Positions 48,943 to 58,894 of a DNA stretch of 64,000 bases are shown here, one piece after another. The position numbers and the translations under genes were made by a program. The notes below the pieces were generated by a model. The model did no database searches. It was not told where the DNA came from and saw only the letters and a list, made by a program, of their open reading frames with translations. This stretch comes from Fibrobacterota bacterium (lineage in GTDB: Bacteria; Fibrobacterota; Fibrobacteria; UBA11236): assembly GCA_028287505.1 (NCBI GenBank), contig JAQBPN010000074.1, positions 22,266-86,265 of the forward strand, written 5' to 3'. Position 1 is the stretch's first letter; every line of letters starts with the position of its first letter.

Positions 48943-49138
48943 ATTGTTCCCGCTTACAATGACATATGGGCCAGAACACCCTTGGAAGGGCCGCGGATCA
49001 AGCTTTCGGCTCAATCCCCGTAAGTTTCAGCGGCTGTCGGTTTATTGCCGGAAATCCGTTTGGAATCCCCGGCATCCAGAGGCAATAGCCCGGCCTAAGC
49101 AATCTATACAATGATAAAGTTACATACTTTTACCTATT

Positions 49139-50086
49139 TTGAAAACCATGCCCCTTCACGACCCCCATGGACGCCATATCCGGAAACTCAGGGTACAACT
49201 GACGGATGCGTGCAATTTCCGCTGCTTCTACTGCATGCCTGAAGGCACCCGGTTCCAACCCTCCAACCGTCTGCTCTCCCCGGAGGAAATCGGGGATATT
49301 TGCGCGGCTCTGGAAACCATGGGGGTGGAAGAGATCCGCGTTACCGGCGGGGAACCCACGGTGAGGCCGGAATTCGACGCCATCATGGAAAAATTGGCCC
49401 GGATTCCCTGGAAAAAATTCGGTCTCACCACCAATGGTTTTCTCTTGTCCGACAAGTTGCCCCTTTTGCGCGACCTGGGATGCGGCCATATCAACGTCAG
49501 CCTCGACAGCCTTGTGGAGGGGAAGTTCCGGACCATTACGGGAAGCGCCCACTTCCAAAAGGTGCACGCCGCCATTTTGCGCGCCAAGGCGATGGGGTTC
49601 CAGGTCAAGGTCAACGCCATCGTATTCCGCGGGATCAACGATGACGAACTCCCCGCGTTCCTGGATTTTTCCGCCGAGCATGGGGTGGAAGTGCGCTTCC
49701 TGGAATTGATGCGGGTTGGTCCCGCCATCGGGGAGCATGACGAACGTTTCGTGGCCGCGCGGGAAATGATGGATCGCCTGGGCGCGACCGATGCATTGAT
49801 TCCGGTGGAATCCCCCAACGACTCGACCTCCTTCGGCTTCCGGACCGCGCGCGGGGCGCGCATCGGATTCATCGCGTCGGAATCGAAACCGTTTTGCGGC
49901 GCCTGTTCGCGGCTGCGCCTGTCCGCCACGGGAAAACTGCGCTCCTGCCTGTTCTCGGATACCGGCGTGGAATTGCGGGGACGGGATCGGCTGGACTATC
50001 CGGAAATCCTGCAAGAGGTGATGGCGCTCAAGCCTACGGGGCGTCTGCCGCGCATCCACCAGCCGATGAATCAAATCGGCGGATGA
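49139..50086 (+). CDS. moaA: GTP 3',8-cyclase (molybdenum cofactor biosynthesis)
   Basis: Radical-SAM CNFRCFYC, GGEPTVRP and the C-terminal second Fe-S cysteines (CGACSRLRLSATGKLRSC). Confidence 0.9.
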   Translation: MKTMPLHDPHGRHIRKLRVQLTDACNFRCFYCMPEGTRFQPSNRLLSPEEIGDICAALETMGVEEIRVTGGEPTVRPEFDAIMEKLARIPWKKFGLTTNGFLLSDKLPLLRDLGCGHINVSLDSLVEGKFRTITGSAHFQKVHAAILRAKAMGFQVKVNAIVFRGINDDELPAFLDFSAEHGVEVRFLELMRVGPAIGEHDERFVAAREMMDRLGATDALIPVESPNDSTSFGFRTARGARIGFIASESKPFCGACSRLRLSATGKLRSCLFSDTGVELRGRDRLDYPEILQEVMALKPTGRLPRIHQPMNQIGG

Positions 50087-50090
50087 GGAA

Positions 50091-52625
50091 TCACTCGGCC
50101 TTGTCGAAGCCGAGCTCGAATCCCGAACCCAGCCTCAGGAAATAGATGGGCGCGTCGTCTTCGACGCTCCCCAAGCCTGCGCGCAGGGTTCCCAGGGGCG
50201 TAACATACCCCGCCTGGACCTCCCAATGGAACCGGAACGGGATTTCCTGACCGCCGAAGCTTCCGAGTTCCGCTTGCTCGGGGAAGAAGGTGCCGCCGTA
50301 ATTCCGATAGGCGCCCGCAATCAGCCTCAGGCCCGCCTTTCCGAAAGTAGGCCCGTACTCGAGCTTGACGTCCCGGAAGCTCCGGGAACGCAAAAAGGTG
50401 AAGAAGTACTCGTCCTGGAAGGTAAAGGCGTCGATGCGCCCGGCTTCTATCATGTCATAGAGACCGAAATCCCTGGTTTCCTGATCCGACCAGAAATATT
50501 GGTCGGAAAGCCGGAAATCCCCCAATGTGAAACGCAGGCGGGATTCCAGGCTTGAAAAAGGGTATTTGACCTGGCCGACGGTATTCACGCGATTGTAGTT
50601 CCGAAAACGCAAACGCAATGCGTGCGGATAGAATCCTCCCGGATCCCGCTTTCCAAGGCCCAGGAATGCCGTCTCCTGGAAATCCGTGGACAGGAAGGAA
50701 GGTTCCCCTTCATCGGGGACGGACATCTCGTGTTTCTGGACGGCGGTGCGGAGATAGGCCGATGGGAAGGGGAAAATGGTGAGGAACAACTCCGACAGCG
50801 TCCGGTCCAAGCGAAAGGCCCAAGGGCCCTGGTACCGGGCCCCCTTGGGCGGGACGAAATTGGGATAGAGTTCATTCCAGTTGGTCCGCGTCAGGCCGAT
50901 TTCCAGGTGCAAAGGGAAGACCGGAGCGATCATGAAGCGACCTTGGTACCCCGGACGATGCCCGCCCAACAGCAGACCCGCTTCCGCCTCGAAAGGAATG
51001 TAAAAAGGTTCGCTCCAGGCCACGCCGCCATACACTTCCGGCGGGCGATCGGGGAGTTCCTCTCCCGTGAAGGTGAAGTTGTATCCCGCGCGGAAATCGA
51101 TCTTGGATTTTTCCTTGGCGTCGAAAATAAGCGACGCCTTCTCCTCCGGGCCTCCCCGGGACCATTCCAGATCGAGATCCGTGTAGAAACCGGACTCCAC
51201 CAGGGCGGCGATTGCCCCTTCCCCGCTGCTGTCTTCCGGATTCCTATCCGAAGTGCGGACGATATCGAGCAACAGCTCCCTGCCGCCGGAAGCCAGCGGA
51301 TTGACCGATAGCCGGTTGAGCCCCAGGCGTTCCTCACCGCCGGGCTTGGGGCCGGACGGCGGCGTATCCTTTTTGTGGGTCAGCACGGATTGCAGGATGT
51401 CCATGGACCGTAACGCGGAGGTATACCCCAGGTTCATCCAACGGATGGGATCCGTTTCTTCCGGATCGAATTCACCTTCCGGCTCCAGTTCGATGACCAT
51501 CCTTTCCCGCGCCTGTCCCGCGGAAGCCTCGCCTCCGACCCCGGGGGCCGGAATGCGGCGTTTGGTGCGGAGGTTCAGGGAATCGGTCCAGGAAACGGAA
51601 CCGCCCTCCAGGGACGAGGGCCTCAACCGGTGTCCGGGCTGGATCAAAATGATCCGGTCGCAGGAGAAAGGCAACTTGTCGGACATCACGGCGTTGCCGG
51701 ACAGCAGGGAGCCCGAAGCGAAGGGCCACAGGCGCTGCCGCTGGCGGACAACGCCGGCGGGCAGGAGGGAAGCTTTGACGATATTCTGGAGGTTCCCATC
51801 GGTCAGGACCGCCTCCTTGTCGGAAGTCAGGTCCGAAACCTGCACGGCCAGGCGCCGCGGCGTTTCCGCCAGGTCCTCCACCGGCCCTCCCGGGGCGTCG
51901 TGGGTCAGTTGCGCCACCATCCAGGAAAGGTGCAGGTATTCTCCCGTCTCCCCCATGGTCACATCGCTCCACCGCGATCCGGGAGTCTGCAGGCTTTGCA
52001 GTCCCAGGGGAACCTCCCATTGCATGGGATCCGGTCCGGGCGGGTAAAAGGTCCTCTCCGCGCCCCGGTCCCGGGTAGGAAAGGGACGCAGATATCCTTC
52101 CAACGGCCGGCGCATCAATTCCTTTTCGGTTGCGGCGGAGGAATAGCCCAAGGCCCAAGCCGCGCCGACCACCACCGCTTTCGATTCCGCCAGCACGGCG
52201 TCGGGTTCCAAACCGAATTCTTCCAATGCCTTCAAGACGCCCAGGTAGGCATAGACCAGCTTGCTGTCCGCGCTCAGGAACAGAACGTTGCCGTAGTGGT
52301 CGGGCGTGCGCGCGGTCCTGTTCGCGGGTGCCGCTTGCGGCAAGGCGCTCAAGGAATCCCGCCCGGCTTCCGGGGATTCCGGTTTCCCTCCGACGGCGGG
52401 AACAGGGGGCGTGGACCCGGGAGAAGCCGTGGCCGGAGGAAGGGCCTCGGGCGGCTTCGGGGATTCCTGACGGGAAGCGGAATCCCCTTTGGATGCCTTG
52501 TGCGGTCCGGAAGTATCCAGAAATACAAAAGCGAAGGCGGGGCTCAGGAGTCCGAGCGTCAGGGCCGCGAAAATGAAGCCGCAAAGGGCGTTACGGGCAG
52601 GTTGCCGTCCAGGCGAAATCAGCAT
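50091..52625 (-). CDS. PlpD-like two-domain protein: divergent patatin-like domain plus C-terminal Omp85-type beta-barrel (type Vd-like)
   Basis: Signal peptide. The patatin-like block is LFLSADSKLVYAYLGVLKALEEFG...AESKAVVVGAAWALGYS with a DGN Asp motif. A Pro-rich linker and a long C-terminal amphipathic beta-barrel region follow. Confidence 0.55.
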   Translation of the reverse strand: MLISPGRQPARNALCGFIFAALTLGLLSPAFAFVFLDTSGPHKASKGDSASRQESPKPPEALPPATASPGSTPPVPAVGGKPESPEAGRDSLSALPQAAPANRTARTPDHYGNVLFLSADSKLVYAYLGVLKALEEFGLEPDAVLAESKAVVVGAAWALGYSSAATEKELMRRPLEGYLRPFPTRDRGAERTFYPPGPDPMQWEVPLGLQSLQTPGSRWSDVTMGETGEYLHLSWMVAQLTHDAPGGPVEDLAETPRRLAVQVSDLTSDKEAVLTDGNLQNIVKASLLPAGVVRQRQRLWPFASGSLLSGNAVMSDKLPFSCDRIILIQPGHRLRPSSLEGGSVSWTDSLNLRTKRRIPAPGVGGEASAGQARERMVIELEPEGEFDPEETDPIRWMNLGYTSALRSMDILQSVLTHKKDTPPSGPKPGGEERLGLNRLSVNPLASGGRELLLDIVRTSDRNPEDSSGEGAIAALVESGFYTDLDLEWSRGGPEEKASLIFDAKEKSKIDFRAGYNFTFTGEELPDRPPEVYGGVAWSEPFYIPFEAEAGLLLGGHRPGYQGRFMIAPVFPLHLEIGLTRTNWNELYPNFVPPKGARYQGPWAFRLDRTLSELFLTIFPFPSAYLRTAVQKHEMSVPDEGEPSFLSTDFQETAFLGLGKRDPGGFYPHALRLRFRNYNRVNTVGQVKYPFSSLESRLRFTLGDFRLSDQYFWSDQETRDFGLYDMIEAGRIDAFTFQDEYFFTFLRSRSFRDVKLEYGPTFGKAGLRLIAGAYRNYGGTFFPEQAELGSFGGQEIPFRFHWEVQAGYVTPLGTLRAGLGSVEDDAPIYFLRLGSGFELGFDKAE

Positions 52626-52733
52626 TGCTATGGTTTCAATATCATACCAATTTGCAACGGCGCAAGGCCGTTTTTAGTAACTTAGCGTAGAGAAGCCGGC
52701 GCTCGGGATCTCTCTTCAACTTAACTCCGAACC

Positions 52734-53054
52734 ATGTCCGCGACAGTCGCATATATTACCGCCCGGGATCGCGAGCAGGCCCTGCTGATTGGCAAGGCCC
52801 TGTTGGAATCCCGTCTGGTCGCCTGCATCAATCTCATCGATAGGATGAAATCCATGTATTGGTGGGAGGGCCGGCTGGAAGAGGCCGAAGAATGCATCCT
52901 GATCGCCAAAACCGTGGACTCGCGGCATGAGGAAATCATCCGCAGGGTCAAAGAACTACACAGCTATTTGATTCCTTGCGTGGTATTCTGGCCGCTCAGC
53001 GGAGGGAACGCTGAGTATCTGTCCTGGATCGAAAAGGAAACCGGAAATGCCTAG
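52734..53054 (+). CDS. cutA: divalent-cation tolerance protein CutA
   Basis: CutA1 fold signature (YITARDREQALLIGKALLESRLVACIN, SMYWWEG). Confidence 0.85.
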   Translation: MSATVAYITARDREQALLIGKALLESRLVACINLIDRMKSMYWWEGRLEEAEECILIAKTVDSRHEEIIRRVKELHSYLIPCVVFWPLSGGNAEYLSWIEKETGNA

Positions 53055-53601
53055 GCTTTTCGTCGCTTTGGATTTTCCCGAAAGCGTCCGGGACAAGCTG
53101 GCGGAAATATCCCGCGACCTTCCGGGAGCGGATTGGGTCTATTCGGAACAATACCATCTTACCCTGCGTTTCATCGGTGAAACGGATCATGAGACTTTTC
53201 TCGCCGTACGCCAAGGCCTGGGAAGCCTGTCGGCGCGTTCCTTCTATCTCTCCTTGCGCGGAGTGGGATGTTTTCCCCTGCGCGGGGATCCTGACACTCT
53301 CTGGGCCGGCGTGGACCGCAATGAGGATCTGACCCGGCTCCGGCATAGAATCGAAAGCCTGCTGGGGCGGAATGGCGTGCCGCCGGATACCCGCAAGTTT
53401 TTTCCCCACGTTACCTTGGCCCGCATCCGGGAATCCAGGGAAGAATGGGTGGGGCAATACGTTGCCGGTCATTCCCTTTTTTCCATTCCGGAAGTGGCCA
53501 TCCAGGGTGTAAACCTTTATTCCAGCAAACTCACGCCGGAAGGAGCCATCCACACCCTGGAGGGAACGTATCCGTTGGAAGGGATTCTGGAAGCGGAGTG
53601 A
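53047..53601 (+). CDS. thpR: RNA 2',3'-cyclic phosphodiesterase (2H family; LigT/ThpR)
   Basis: Two HxT/SxR motifs (HLTLRF, HVTLAR). Overlaps the cutA stop by 8 nt. Confidence 0.85.
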   Translation: MPRLFVALDFPESVRDKLAEISRDLPGADWVYSEQYHLTLRFIGETDHETFLAVRQGLGSLSARSFYLSLRGVGCFPLRGDPDTLWAGVDRNEDLTRLRHRIESLLGRNGVPPDTRKFFPHVTLARIRESREEWVGQYVAGHSLFSIPEVAIQGVNLYSSKLTPEGAIHTLEGTYPLEGILEAE

Positions 53602-53645
53602 AGGAAAATGGAGCGAAGGCCTTCAAATGAAAACGCGGGCGCGAT

Positions 53646-54449
53646 TCAGATGAAATCGCGCTTATTGAACCACAGGCCCGCGATCAACAGATAAATACCG
53701 ATGAACATCAGGCCGTATAGGCTGCTGTACAGCACGTAGTGATGGCCGATGGGCAGATCATAAACCACCCGCCCGCGGATATTGAAGTTTTCCATGTTCG
53801 GGATGATGTAATACACCCCTTTGATGACTTTTTCCGTAAAGGGATTGATCACCGGGGTCCCGGGCAACCGTTTTCCGAATTTATGGATGAAGGCCAGATG
53901 GTTTACGATGTCCCCGGAGAGGTGGCCGGCCACGTAGACGCCCAAGGTAAAGAGCGCGCTCATGGTGGGCGTTGAAAAGGCGGAGAAGAGCAGCGCGGCG
54001 GCGGTAATGACGGCCATTTCCACGAAAATGAGATAGATGGCCCAGAGCAGATTCGCCTGCGGCCGCGTGCCGATAAGAATCAGGATGAGGAAGAAGACCA
54101 GCGTCATGAAAGCCAGGTTGAGGGCCAGCACCATCAACAGGCCCAGGTATTTGCCCACGATGAAATGCCACCGCGGCAAAGGCTTGGCCAAAAGGGTCAG
54201 AATCGTCTTGCGCTGGATTTCCTTCTGGACCAGGCCTATCCCCACGAAGATGGACATCAGCAGCCCGACCAGGGACATGACGGCCAGGGAAAAGTCGGAA
54301 ATGACGGTCTGCCTCGCGAACACGGACCATTCCCCGAGCATGAGGGAGAAAATGATGAGACCGATGGCGAAGAGCACCAGGTTGTAGAGGATTTTATCGC
54401 GAACGGTTTCCCGGAAAGCGTTCACGGCGATTATCAACATCGGTTTCAT
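53646..54449 (-). CDS. ABC-2 family transporter permease
   Basis: Six-TM ABC-2 profile. Start at the internal Met MKPMLIIAVN; ATGA-coupled to the ATPase. The 190 aa upstream in the track ORF are rejected. Confidence 0.7.
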   Translation of the reverse strand: MKPMLIIAVNAFRETVRDKILYNLVLFAIGLIIFSLMLGEWSVFARQTVISDFSLAVMSLVGLLMSIFVGIGLVQKEIQRKTILTLLAKPLPRWHFIVGKYLGLLMVLALNLAFMTLVFFLILILIGTRPQANLLWAIYLIFVEMAVITAAALLFSAFSTPTMSALFTLGVYVAGHLSGDIVNHLAFIHKFGKRLPGTPVINPFTEKVIKGVYYIIPNMENFNIRGRVVYDLPIGHHYVLYSSLYGLMFIGIYLLIAGLWFNKRDFI

Positions 54450-55354
54450 ACGTTTTTCGCAACCTCTTCGGCGAGCACGTCTTCCAGGGAGTGACGATTG
54501 CGGCTGATGGATTCGATGCCTATTCCCTGGGCCAAGGCCCATTGCAAAAAGGAACGCTGGGACTGCAGGTCCGGACAGGAGACTGCGCGCGCGCCAAGAG
54601 AAGTCCCTACGCCTTTGGGAAGGTCCTCGGGTTTGACTTCCGCCGTGAGCACGATTTGGTAATGTTCGGCCTCGCCTTCCAGAACCTGGGCGACGGTACC
54701 CTGACGGCGGATTTGCCCGTCGACCACCATGGCCAAGCGCGTGCAAATCGCTTCCACGTCGCTCAGGACGTGGCTGGAATAGAAAACGGTGATTCCCTGG
54801 GAATGCAGGTTCTGCAAAAGGGCGCGCACATCGCGGCGGCCCAGGGGGTCCAGTCCGGACATGGGCTCGTCCAGGATGACCAGCCGCGGCCGGGACAGAA
54901 GCGCCTGGGCCAGACCGATGCGTTGCAACATGCCTTTGCTGTATGTCCGCAGCTTGCGGTCCATGGCCTCCGGGCGGAGGCTGACGAGCTCGGTCACCTC
55001 GGCCACGCGCTTCTTCAGATCCTTCCATGCAAGGCCGGAAAGCTGGCCGTAGAACCAGAGGAATTCCCTGCCGCTGAGGTAATCGTAAAAGTAGGGTTGT
55101 TCCGGAAGGAACCCGACGTTCTGGCGGCTCCGGGGCGAACCCGCCGGCAGACCCATCAGGGTGGCCTTGCCGGAACCGACCTTGAGCAGCCCCAACAGGA
55201 TTTTGATGGTGGTGGATTTGCCCGCGCCGTTGGGCCCGATGAAGCCGTACAGGTCGCCCTCATTGACCTCGAAGCTGACGCCGCGCAACGCTTCCACGGA
55301 TTTGCGCCAGAAGCCGATCCGGTAGGTCTTGCGGAGATCCTCGACCTTGATCAT
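54446..55354 (-). CDS. ABC transporter ATP-binding protein
   Basis: Walker A GPNGAGKST, Q-loop, signature motif LSGGQ-like (YSKGMLQRIGLA), Walker B LVILDEP and H-loop. Confidence 0.85.
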   Translation of the reverse strand: MIKVEDLRKTYRIGFWRKSVEALRGVSFEVNEGDLYGFIGPNGAGKSTTIKILLGLLKVGSGKATLMGLPAGSPRSRQNVGFLPEQPYFYDYLSGREFLWFYGQLSGLAWKDLKKRVAEVTELVSLRPEAMDRKLRTYSKGMLQRIGLAQALLSRPRLVILDEPMSGLDPLGRRDVRALLQNLHSQGITVFYSSHVLSDVEAICTRLAMVVDGQIRRQGTVAQVLEGEAEHYQIVLTAEVKPEDLPKGVGTSLGARAVSCPDLQSQRSFLQWALAQGIGIESISRNRHSLEDVLAEEVAKNV

Positions 55355-55361
55355 GGCCGTG

Positions 55362-55673
55362 TCAGCCCTGTTGGCGCTTGCGGAACCTGCGATAGTAAGT
55401 GATGGCCCTGCCGCCCGCGTAGGATACGAAACCTGCCAGCAGCAGGTAGCGCCCCAGGACGTTGGGATTGAGGGAGAAGTCCTTGTGCTTGAAAAACTCC
55501 CTGGACCCGGTCCGATCCAGATAGAGACAGAGGGCCGCCAGCACCAGGAGACCGATGCCTATCGCCACCAGGTACCAGCTGACTGTCGCCAAGCCGTCCT
55601 CCTTCCCGAAGGAGTCGTAGGCTGAGGGATCGAATTTTCCGTTTTCGGTCGGCTGCTGATCTTGTTCCGGCAT
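55362..55673 (-). CDS. hypothetical small two-TM membrane protein
   Basis: Start at the internal Met MPEQDQ; two hydrophobic helices; stop adjacent to the ABC ATPase start. Confidence 0.35.
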   Translation of the reverse strand: MPEQDQQPTENGKFDPSAYDSFGKEDGLATVSWYLVAIGIGLLVLAALCLYLDRTGSREFFKHKDFSLNPNVLGRYLLLAGFVSYAGGRAITYYRRFRKRQQG

Positions 55674-55844
55674 GGGGGAAAATATAAACGTTCCGGGAGT
55701 CCTTGACCACGATCTGAGCCACCGCCCCCGCGAATGGCCCGTGAATGTTGACTGGCTTCGGCATATAACGGTCCTAGTATAAGCCTTGCGACGGGCGGGA
55801 TGCAACCCCTCCCCGTTCCCTGGGCGCCATGGACCGGGGGTGTT

Positions 55845-56483
55845 TCAGCGTTTCAGATCTTCCGCCAGTACCGTGCGCCCGCCGAACTGTTCCAAAATGA
55901 AAATCGCCTGCTCCAGATGGGTCGGCTTGCGCTGGCGGGCCAGCGACTCCGCCCCCTGGAGGATGAGCGGCAGGGATTTGACGAGATGGAATTTCCAGGC
56001 CCCGCCTTCCCGGATGAATTGGAACACGGGCACGTTAGGCGCTTCCCGCAGGCCGATTTCCCCCACCTCGCCGCGCACCTTCGCCTCGCCGATTTCGGAC
56101 TTGAGGAGGCTTTTCTTCACCGGCCAGCTCTGGATGACAAGCTTGTCCAGGATGGCTACGGGGCGATCGTCGAAGCCGGGGTTCAGGCGCCGCTCCACTC
56201 GCAAGGCAAGGATGCTGAGGATCTCATAAAAGGGACGCTCCGCCAGATAAGCGGGGGCCTCCGTGCGCGAGGCGCGGCGCATGTCGTCTATCCAATCCAG
56301 GGATTCCCGGGACAGATAGGCGGGAAGGGAGTCCGCCTTCCCTTCCTGGACCCGTTGGCGGAAGCGCAGGAAAAAGGCGTCCAGATCCTTGCCCGCCGCC
56401 GGGTCTTCCGGAAGCGGCGGCCCGGAACCGCCGCATGCGGCGAGCAGCAGGAAACCGCAAAAAAGGGCGGGATGGATTCTCAT
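55845..56483 (-). CDS. hypothetical lipoprotein
   Basis: Signal peptide plus lipobox LLLAACGG. Confidence 0.45.
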   Translation of the reverse strand: MRIHPALFCGFLLLAACGGSGPPLPEDPAAGKDLDAFFLRFRQRVQEGKADSLPAYLSRESLDWIDDMRRASRTEAPAYLAERPFYEILSILALRVERRLNPGFDDRPVAILDKLVIQSWPVKKSLLKSEIGEAKVRGEVGEIGLREAPNVPVFQFIREGGAWKFHLVKSLPLILQGAESLARQRKPTHLEQAIFILEQFGGRTVLAEDLKR

Positions 56484-56526
56484 CCGGAAAATATACCAAG
56501 CCGGCGGCGCGGTTTCCGGCCGGTAT

Positions 56527-58887
56527 TCACACGCCGGACTCGAGGCGGTTCCGGTAGATGCGGATCTTCTTCTCCCAGTTGCGCTGGTTGAATTCGTCGT
56601 CGGCCCGGAACTTCTTGAGTTTGTAGGCTTCCAGCAGTTCGGCGATGGCCTGGCGATCGTACGGATTCCATTTCACCAGATACCCCTCGATGATCGTAAG
56701 GGCCTCGTCGATATTGCGGAAATCCACGGTGGTATGCTTGCGCCAGGTCCAGAAGGCCAGGTCCGCCGCTGATCCCGGGATCTTGTCTTCCGACTCCAGC
56801 AGCTTCAGGGCGATGCGGCGTGCGGTCTCGGGATCGTCCTGCACGTAGCTCTGGCCCAGGAGAAACTCCAAGGTTACCGACTCCTGCTCGTCCAGGTCGA
56901 TGTACCCCAAAAGCACCTCGCCCGCCTTGGCATCGTCCCCCATCTGGTAGTAGCAACCCGCCAACAGGGTGGCCATCGCGCTGGACAGCCGGTTTTCCTT
57001 GCGATACCGTTCGATGAAGCCTATGGCGCGCGCATAGTCCCCGCGCTGATACAGGCTTTGCAGGTATTCCAGGATCTGGCTTTCATAAACATCATGGCCG
57101 ATCAGGAAACCCGAAATCACGGAGTCCTTGACCGCGGGCAAGGGGCGTTTGCCGATCAGGCTTTCATATTCCCAGTCCGCGAAGAAGAAACCGTGCCCGG
57201 CGGAACGGCCCAGGTGCGAGGCCTGCCGATCGACATCGTCCTCGTTCATGTGGGCGATCAGGAATTGCAGGTAGGCTTCGTTCTGGACATCGATATCCTG
57301 GCCCAGGATGGCCTTCAACTCCGGAATCTTGGCCTTGGGAACCACGATGCCCATGGTGTTGTACATGTGGCTCCAGTCCTGGCTGAACTCACTCCAGCGC
57401 TGATCGTCCCAGATGTCGTAAGTGTTGACATCATAGGTGACCAAGGTCTGCAACACCTGATCGTAGCCGAACACGGCGATCACATGGCCGGGAATGAACG
57501 CCAGCACCGGAATCCCGTGATCGATGAGCTTGAAGATGTCGTTCAGGGATCTCAAGGGAAGCACCATGTTGGCGAAGCCGCGGGATTCGCTGAAGAAGGC
57601 TTCGTCCGTGATCAGGCTGCCGCGATCCAGTTGGGTGATTTCCGCTCCGATCCGTTTGGCGCCGCTGCGGTCGCCCCAATAGTTGAGGACCAGGCCCAGG
57701 GAATTGGGAACGCAATAGGCGCTTTTGTATTCGGTGCGCGCTTCTATTCCGGGTATGACCACGCGCTTGAGGGTGCTGTCCCTATCCTTTTCCAGCTTGT
57801 CCCGGAAATCGTGGGCTTCCAGAAGCAGGCGGGAATCGTGATAGTACTTCACCAGCACCCGGATGAAGGCTTCCTTGGATTCCTCCAGGTTCCCGCTCTT
57901 GCGGTGCAACAGAGCCACGCGGAATTGCAGGTAGGATTTCAGATTGTCGGAACGGCTCCAGGTCAGGGCCCGGGAATACCAGGGAATGGCCTTTTGGGGC
58001 GTGCCGGATTTTTCATAATGCTGGCCCATGAGCAGAGCGTAATTGATGGGCAATCCGGTGACCACCGCCAGTCCGATCATGGCCAGCCCCACCGAGACCA
58101 GGCCCATGGCGTACGCGCCCAGGAAGCCTTTGCCGGATCGCCAGAGCCGCATGCAATGGTGCACCAGGATGGGGATGCTGGAAAACCACAGGACGAAGAA
58201 GAGGATCTGCCGCGTCCTGTCCAACCAGGCGGGAAAGATGGTCAATTCTTCCACCTGCCAGAGCGGAATGGTGACCAAGAGCAGATGGAGCTGGTTCACG
58301 AAAACATGCGCGCCGGTAACCAGCAGGATGAGGCCCACCAGGCCCGAGAGGGACCAGCCCTCCCCCTCCTTGGAGGTCTGCATGGCCGAGAAGAACAGCA
58401 GCAGGCCGAAGTTCAGCCAGACCACGCCCAGTTCCGAGGAGATGGAATCCACGGATGCATTGATGGGGTAGTAGCTGCTCCAAAGCAGATCGGACAACCA
58501 CTGTTCCATGCTGGCCAGGAATACGGCCATGGGCAACGCCGCCGCCGCCAGGGCCAGGGACGTGCGCAAGCGCCGATATGCGGGAACCGGGGAAGGCGTT
58601 CCCCTCTCGATGGGCATGATGACCATTGCCGCGAAGCCCCAAGCCAGGTTCCAGCCCGCGAGCAGTATGGAAATGAACAACCAATTGAAGGGCAGCCATG
58701 CGACCGCGGGAAGCGGAGCGAGCGAAGCCAGAATCATCAAGGCGCGGAAAAAGCGGGACCGGGCGCGCCCCACATAGGGCATGAAAGGCCACGGTCCGGC
58801 CAGCACCATCAGGAAATACACGAAGCCGGGCAGGTGCGCCAGGACCGGGCGGTGGGAAACGGCGGATTGCGGACCGGGTTTGATCAT
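56527..58887 (-). CDS. polytopic membrane protein with a C39-like (Peptidase_C39_2, papain-fold) domain and C-terminal TPR repeats
   Basis: About 9 N-terminal TM helices, then EYKSAYCVPNSLGLVLNYWG (the C39_2 Cys motif) and GHVIAVFGYD (His motif), then TPR-like repeats (LYQRGDYARAIGFIERY...). Confidence 0.5.
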   Translation of the reverse strand: MIKPGPQSAVSHRPVLAHLPGFVYFLMVLAGPWPFMPYVGRARSRFFRALMILASLAPLPAVAWLPFNWLFISILLAGWNLAWGFAAMVIMPIERGTPSPVPAYRRLRTSLALAAAALPMAVFLASMEQWLSDLLWSSYYPINASVDSISSELGVVWLNFGLLLFFSAMQTSKEGEGWSLSGLVGLILLVTGAHVFVNQLHLLLVTIPLWQVEELTIFPAWLDRTRQILFFVLWFSSIPILVHHCMRLWRSGKGFLGAYAMGLVSVGLAMIGLAVVTGLPINYALLMGQHYEKSGTPQKAIPWYSRALTWSRSDNLKSYLQFRVALLHRKSGNLEESKEAFIRVLVKYYHDSRLLLEAHDFRDKLEKDRDSTLKRVVIPGIEARTEYKSAYCVPNSLGLVLNYWGDRSGAKRIGAEITQLDRGSLITDEAFFSESRGFANMVLPLRSLNDIFKLIDHGIPVLAFIPGHVIAVFGYDQVLQTLVTYDVNTYDIWDDQRWSEFSQDWSHMYNTMGIVVPKAKIPELKAILGQDIDVQNEAYLQFLIAHMNEDDVDRQASHLGRSAGHGFFFADWEYESLIGKRPLPAVKDSVISGFLIGHDVYESQILEYLQSLYQRGDYARAIGFIERYRKENRLSSAMATLLAGCYYQMGDDAKAGEVLLGYIDLDEQESVTLEFLLGQSYVQDDPETARRIALKLLESEDKIPGSAADLAFWTWRKHTTVDFRNIDEALTIIEGYLVKWNPYDRQAIAELLEAYKLKKFRADDEFNQRNWEKKIRIYRNRLESGV

Positions 58888-58894
58888 CTGAGGT

